From IMG/VR virus record IMGVR_UViG_3300028591_000099, positions 96,982-160,981 of that record: a stretch of DNA of 64,000 bases; one strand, given 5' to 3'. Origin of the DNA: a virus. Lineage: Duplodnaviria > Caudoviricetes. Below, in pieces: positions 60,366 through 64,000 of the stretch. How positions within the stretch are numbered: position 1 is the first letter of the stretch; every line of letters begins with the position of its first letter. Position numbers and translations under genes: made by a program. A model generated the notes under the pieces. That model made no database searches, had not been told where the DNA came from, and saw only the letters and a program-made list of their open reading frames with translations.

Positions 60366-60596
60366 TTACTCTGCGGTCCTCCCTGTTTTTGCGAGGATAT
60401 ACTGAATATCATCGTCTGTAATATCCAGAGTAGAAACACCAACAGCATCGCACGCCGCACGCAAACTACCTTCATCATAAGTATTTATATAATCGATTAC
60501 ATCTTCAAGTTTCTGTTGGTGCATGGCATATAGATTAAACGCCATACGCTCTGCAGAACTATTTCTATATCCAGGAGGGTCAATACCGAACTTCAT
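60366..60596 (-). CDS. Hypothetical protein
   Basis: Operon packing. Confidence 0.6.
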   Translation of the reverse strand: MKFGIDPPGYRNSSAERMAFNLYAMHQQKLEDVIDYINTYDEGSLRAACDAVGVSTLDITDDDIQYILAKTGRTAE

Positions 60597-60597
60597 A

Positions 60598-60783
60598 CTA
60601 AAAACCCTCCTCTAATGTAGCCTTTAAAATCTTTTCAATACGGTCATCTTCTAAGTAGAAAAAATCACCCCGATAATCCCAGTTAATATTCAGCAATAAC
60701 TGCCAAAACCGCAAATCCGGATATTTATGCCAAAGTTTATTTAGAGTCGCGGTTATTTCATCAATACGTTTAGGATCTCTCAT
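60598..60783 (-). CDS. DUF1040-like protein
   Basis: MRDPKRI...W..YPDLRFWQL...FFYLEDD. Confidence 0.7.
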   Translation of the reverse strand: MRDPKRIDEITATLNKLWHKYPDLRFWQLLLNINWDYRGDFFYLEDDRIEKILKATLEEGF

Positions 60784-61060
60784 AAACACCTCCGTCATAA
60801 ATATCTTTCAGCACTCTTGGCAGTCCATTTTTGAAGAAATTATCCACAAAAGAATTATGAAGAGCATACGCGGCTTCTCGAGATGGGGCAGAACCGATAA
60901 TAATCCAATTTCCATTATAGAAATGCGGACTGCGGAAGCCGACTTCATACTCCCACTCACGGTCAAAGACCGCAGCAGTATCTAATTCCCAATCGGGACC
61001 TTTGGTATTCAAAACCAATCTTTGGCTATAATCGTTTATCATATTAAACCAATCAATCAT
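60770..61060 (-). CDS. Hypothetical protein
   Basis: AAGGAG RBS. Confidence 0.6.
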   Translation of the reverse strand: MIDWFNMINDYSQRLVLNTKGPDWELDTAAVFDREWEYEVGFRSPHFYNGNWIIIGSAPSREAAYALHNSFVDNFFKNGLPRVLKDIYDGGVYERS

Positions 61061-61070
61061 ATATGTCTCC

Positions 61071-61781
61071 TTACTTAATAACAGAACATCTTGTCAATAC
61101 GGTCTGATTAACACCTCGATACTGACGATGGTCTTTAACGGTGCCACGCATATGGTATTCAATGCCAGCTTCTAAAGTTTTAGTAGATGCACTCCACACA
61201 TACACATTACCATCTACGTCATGCATAATATGGAGGGAACTTGTGCCATAGTATCCTTCAACAGGGATAACTTTATCAATCGTCAGTCGTAAGTCAAGAC
61301 GATCGCCGATTTCTCCAACATACTGGCTTGTAGAATCGCCATATTTCAGATGATTCATAAATGCTTCAACAGCCATTTCATCTACAGTTTCGCCATCTTT
61401 GGAAGCTGTTTCCCAAGTCAGCTGTGCAGTAGACACACCGGCCGGAATATCAATCGGCACAGTCTCTGTGGAAGCTGTATACCAGCCCCATTTTTTATTA
61501 TATCTGCATTCATCTTTAGCCTTAAACCAGTCAAGATTAGGATAAGTTTCGCCATAATAGATAGTGATATAACCTTCATCAAAACCAAGAGAGTGTTTAT
61601 AATTAGGCTTAATCGCAAGTTCAGGATGGAGTTTATTCCACTCCCAATCACTATACCAACGAACTTGCTTATTAGCTCCAGCCGCAGTTTTGATATTTAC
61701 ATAAGTCCGTCCATTCTGCGTATACGGTTCAGTTAAAATTTCACACTTCTGATAGCTTAATGCTACTGGCATATATATCAC
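61071..61781 (-). CDS. Hypothetical protein with C-terminal OB-fold-like region
   Basis: SQYVGEIGDR...GTVKDH...YRGVNQTVLTRC. Confidence 0.7.
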   Translation of the reverse strand: MIYMPVALSYQKCEILTEPYTQNGRTYVNIKTAAGANKQVRWYSDWEWNKLHPELAIKPNYKHSLGFDEGYITIYYGETYPNLDWFKAKDECRYNKKWGWYTASTETVPIDIPAGVSTAQLTWETASKDGETVDEMAVEAFMNHLKYGDSTSQYVGEIGDRLDLRLTIDKVIPVEGYYGTSSLHIMHDVDGNVYVWSASTKTLEAGIEYHMRGTVKDHRQYRGVNQTVLTRCSVIK

Positions 61782-61849
61782 CTCTATCTTTCTTTACATT
61801 ATTATTATATAATATTTTTAATAAAAAATCAATTAGTGATACAAAAAAA

Positions 61850-62182
61850 CTATCCTCTTGTATCGTATTTACTACAATGGCCGCTGACACATTTCATATC
61901 ACCAATATATGGCTCCCAGTGTGCAATAAATCTCTTTAATTTACCAGTTTCGGAACGCCACATTTTGTAATTATCATGCTTTAATTCATCGCAATTACAA
62001 TGGCCTGGTTCGTAATATGTGGATAAAACATAATCGCATTCCGCAACCATATCCCGCAGGTTCCAATTTTCTGTCTGTTCGGAAAAACTCGTGCCGATTG
62101 TATTATGCTCGTAGCAAAGATCCCACATAATTTCGTTATATTTACGTAAAGCCGAAGCGAGTTGTTTATCTGTTGGTTTCAT
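61850..62182 (-). CDS. Hypothetical protein
   Basis: Likely start MKPTDK. Confidence 0.6.
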   Translation of the reverse strand: MKPTDKQLASALRKYNEIMWDLCYEHNTIGTSFSEQTENWNLRDMVAECDYVLSTYYEPGHCNCDELKHDNYKMWRSETGKLKRFIAHWEPYIGDMKCVSGHCSKYDTRG

Positions 62183-62330
62183 AGTTATTGCCCCTTTCCA
62201 CCTCATTGCGTAATGCTTTGATTGCATATTCTATCATTTGCGGATTGATTGTGCCAACAAACAACCAATTCTCTTTGTCGATTTCACCATACATTTCTTC
62301 AAAGGCTCTTAAAGCATCTTCTTGTGTCAT
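62166..62330 (-). CDS. Small hypothetical protein (54 aa)
   Basis: ATG overlaps the upstream TGA (ATGA); AGGAG RBS. Confidence 0.5.
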   Translation of the reverse strand: MTQEDALRAFEEMYGEIDKENWLFVGTINPQMIEYAIKALRNEVERGNNYETNR

Positions 62331-62557
62331 TCTTCTCTCCTTTCCGCTCGGCTACAGAAGTCATCGGCTTTTCTGACTGGTTCATATGGTTCGATAACAC
62401 AGACATGATGCTCTTTCCCGTTCCACGAATAGTTCGTTTTATACCATTTGCAATCCTTACACCGCACCACTTGGACAAAATCGTCTCTTTTCAGCCGATT
62501 AATAATTTCGTCTATGTCTATTTTCACCTCAATCGGTACTTTTAATTGCATTGCCAA
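62327..62557 (-). CDS. Small Cys-rich protein (VVRCKDCK...DDFCS)
   Basis: Motif common in early regions of Bacillota phages; ends in TGA. Confidence 0.65.
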   Translation of the reverse strand: MAMQLKVPIEVKIDIDEIINRLKRDDFVQVVRCKDCKWYKTNYSWNGKEHHVCVIEPYEPVRKADDFCSRAERREE

Positions 62558-62850
62558 TCTCCTTCTTCTCTAATTACTGCCCATGAGCAGAACGTGTTAT
62601 CATTTCTCTCAATACTTCCAGCCATCGGACATCCAAGCGTTGTTTTTTCTGGATTGAATTTGCAATATTTGCACCTAATTACGGGCACGGCATCCACGGT
62701 AGGTTCAGAATCGACGCATAGTTTTTCGACAATCTCGACCGCTTCATGTATACCGAGATGCCACGATAGATTGACCTTATTTGCATACCACGGAGAACAT
62801 TTCAATTCGGATATGCTTTCTTTCACTTCGTCCGCGTTTATCAGTCTCAT
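62542..62850 (-). CDS. MRLID-type hypothetical protein with Cys cluster
   Basis: MRLINAD...PTVDAVPVIRCKYCK. Confidence 0.7.
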   Translation of the reverse strand: MRLINADEVKESISELKCSPWYANKVNLSWHLGIHEAVEIVEKLCVDSEPTVDAVPVIRCKYCKFNPEKTTLGCPMAGSIERNDNTFCSWAVIREEGDWQCN

Positions 62851-62936
62851 ATTTATTACCTCTTACAATATAATTATAACATATTTTTAATAAAAAATAA
62901 AAAAAGAGGAGCTTTACACTCCTCTATATATTCCTA

Positions 62937-63281
62937 CTACTCGGCTACAGTGTAAGCAACCTTGATTTTACCCTTGCCAGTGCCCTCAACCTTGACGACA
63001 CCGTCAGCATCACGGAGCAGTCTAGCTGCTTTCTGATTGGAGATATTGAAGGCTTCCATAACATCGGCGATAGAAACAGTTCCACGTTCTGCGACGAAGT
63101 TAGCAACATCTTCCAGGGCACCCTGACGAGCAATCTGAGCCTTGGTCGGCTTATCAGATTTCTTGCCAGCCGGGCGAACGGACTTCAGAGCACGCTCAAC
63201 CAGGAAGTTGAAGTCTTCAGCGGTCAGGTTTTCATAGTTCATAGCGTTAATGCGGTCAGAGATAGTCATCTTGTTAGTCAT
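62937..63281 (-). CDS. Hypothetical HTH-like protein
   Basis: RBS; SIADVMEAFNISNQKAARLL. Confidence 0.65.
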   Translation of the reverse strand: MTNKMTISDRINAMNYENLTAEDFNFLVERALKSVRPAGKKSDKPTKAQIARQGALEDVANFVAERGTVSIADVMEAFNISNQKAARLLRDADGVVKVEGTGKGKIKVAYTVAE

Positions 63282-63516
63282 AAAGTTTACACCATTCCTT
63301 TCTTAGCCATTCGGCTTATCTGTTAAACTTTTTTCTTTGTAAGGCTTTTCCTTTCCTTACATTATTATTTTATCAAATTTTTTTTAGATTTTCAATTAGA
63401 TGTTTCTCATATCTAATTGGTGGTTGCGGAGTAAGGATTTTTTTATTCCCTTCCTTACATTATTATTATATTATAATTTTTTTAGAAGTTCAACTGCGGT
63501 TCCTCTTAACTACCGA

Positions 63517-63867
63517 TTAGGATTCCGCATTGGCTTTGTAGGTTTTCCAGAAGTCAGATTCAACGATAAATTTGTTGAGATCTGAATCCATATGACGTCC
63601 GCCCGCAAACATACCACTATAGATTATATCATGCGGGGTGTAGACATATTCGAAATCACGCTCTGGATATTTGCGATCATGGAAAGCAATCCAGAAGTAG
63701 GCTTCAATACCAGAATTATCATCATACGGCTCTAAAGATTGTTTCGTGATTTCCATCTCAAAGCGACCGTCGAACACATCATTTTTAATCTGGTCATTTA
63801 TCGTATGCACAGTGTTATAAACATCTTCGAGGATACGCTCGCGTTCTTTTTCCAATTTTCTCAACAT
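63517..63867 (-). CDS. Hypothetical protein
   Basis: RBS and promoter. Confidence 0.65.
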   Translation of the reverse strand: MLRKLEKERERILEDVYNTVHTINDQIKNDVFDGRFEMEITKQSLEPYDDNSGIEAYFWIAFHDRKYPERDFEYVYTPHDIIYSGMFAGGRHMDSDLNKFIVESDFWKTYKANAES

Positions 63868-64000
63868 CTTTTATCACCTATCCTTCCTTACATTATTATT
63901 ATAACAAATTTTTAATAAAAAATAAAATAAAGAGCCACACAATTAGTTGAAATGGCTCTTGTCAGTTGGGTCATAGTTTTCTATATCGATATTCTCAATC

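Noticed and set aside
45980-63920. Recurring TTACATTATTATTATA..AAATTTTT repeats as CRISPR or a mobile repeat
   Set aside because: They are irregularly spaced, always upstream of minus-strand genes, and read as sigma-A promoters with extended -10 followed by an RBS.

Overview
A 64 kb segment of a large, AT-rich phage, most likely lytic and infecting a low-GC Gram-positive host (Bacillota). It holds a plus-strand late/accessory block (1-4930) that converges on a long minus-strand arm. That arm carries a replication and nucleotide-metabolism module (dut, nrdG/nrdD, dnaE, RecD-like helicase, recJ, primase, dnaB, Sak4-like ATPase, SSB-like protein, two NCS2 nucleobase permeases, ligA, gyrA/gyrB, rnhA), an RpoD-like sigma factor, tmRNA, 23 ordinary tRNAs, two large non-coding transcription units and many small early genes behind sigma-A promoters. 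Main result: the phage uses two genetic codes. Nine lysis, structural or late genes that the ORF track breaks up or misses become intact if TGA is read as Trp (26 in-frame TGA, several at motif Trp positions), while the core replication genes contain none. The matching UGA-decoding tRNA-Trp(UCA) is at 4656-4930. It is split inside its anticodon by a 201-nt group I intron and is co-transcribed with an Hsp20 chaperone. This suggests (inference) a code switch gated by splicing that times lysis and packaging. All family assignments come from motif recognition by eye; no searches were run.
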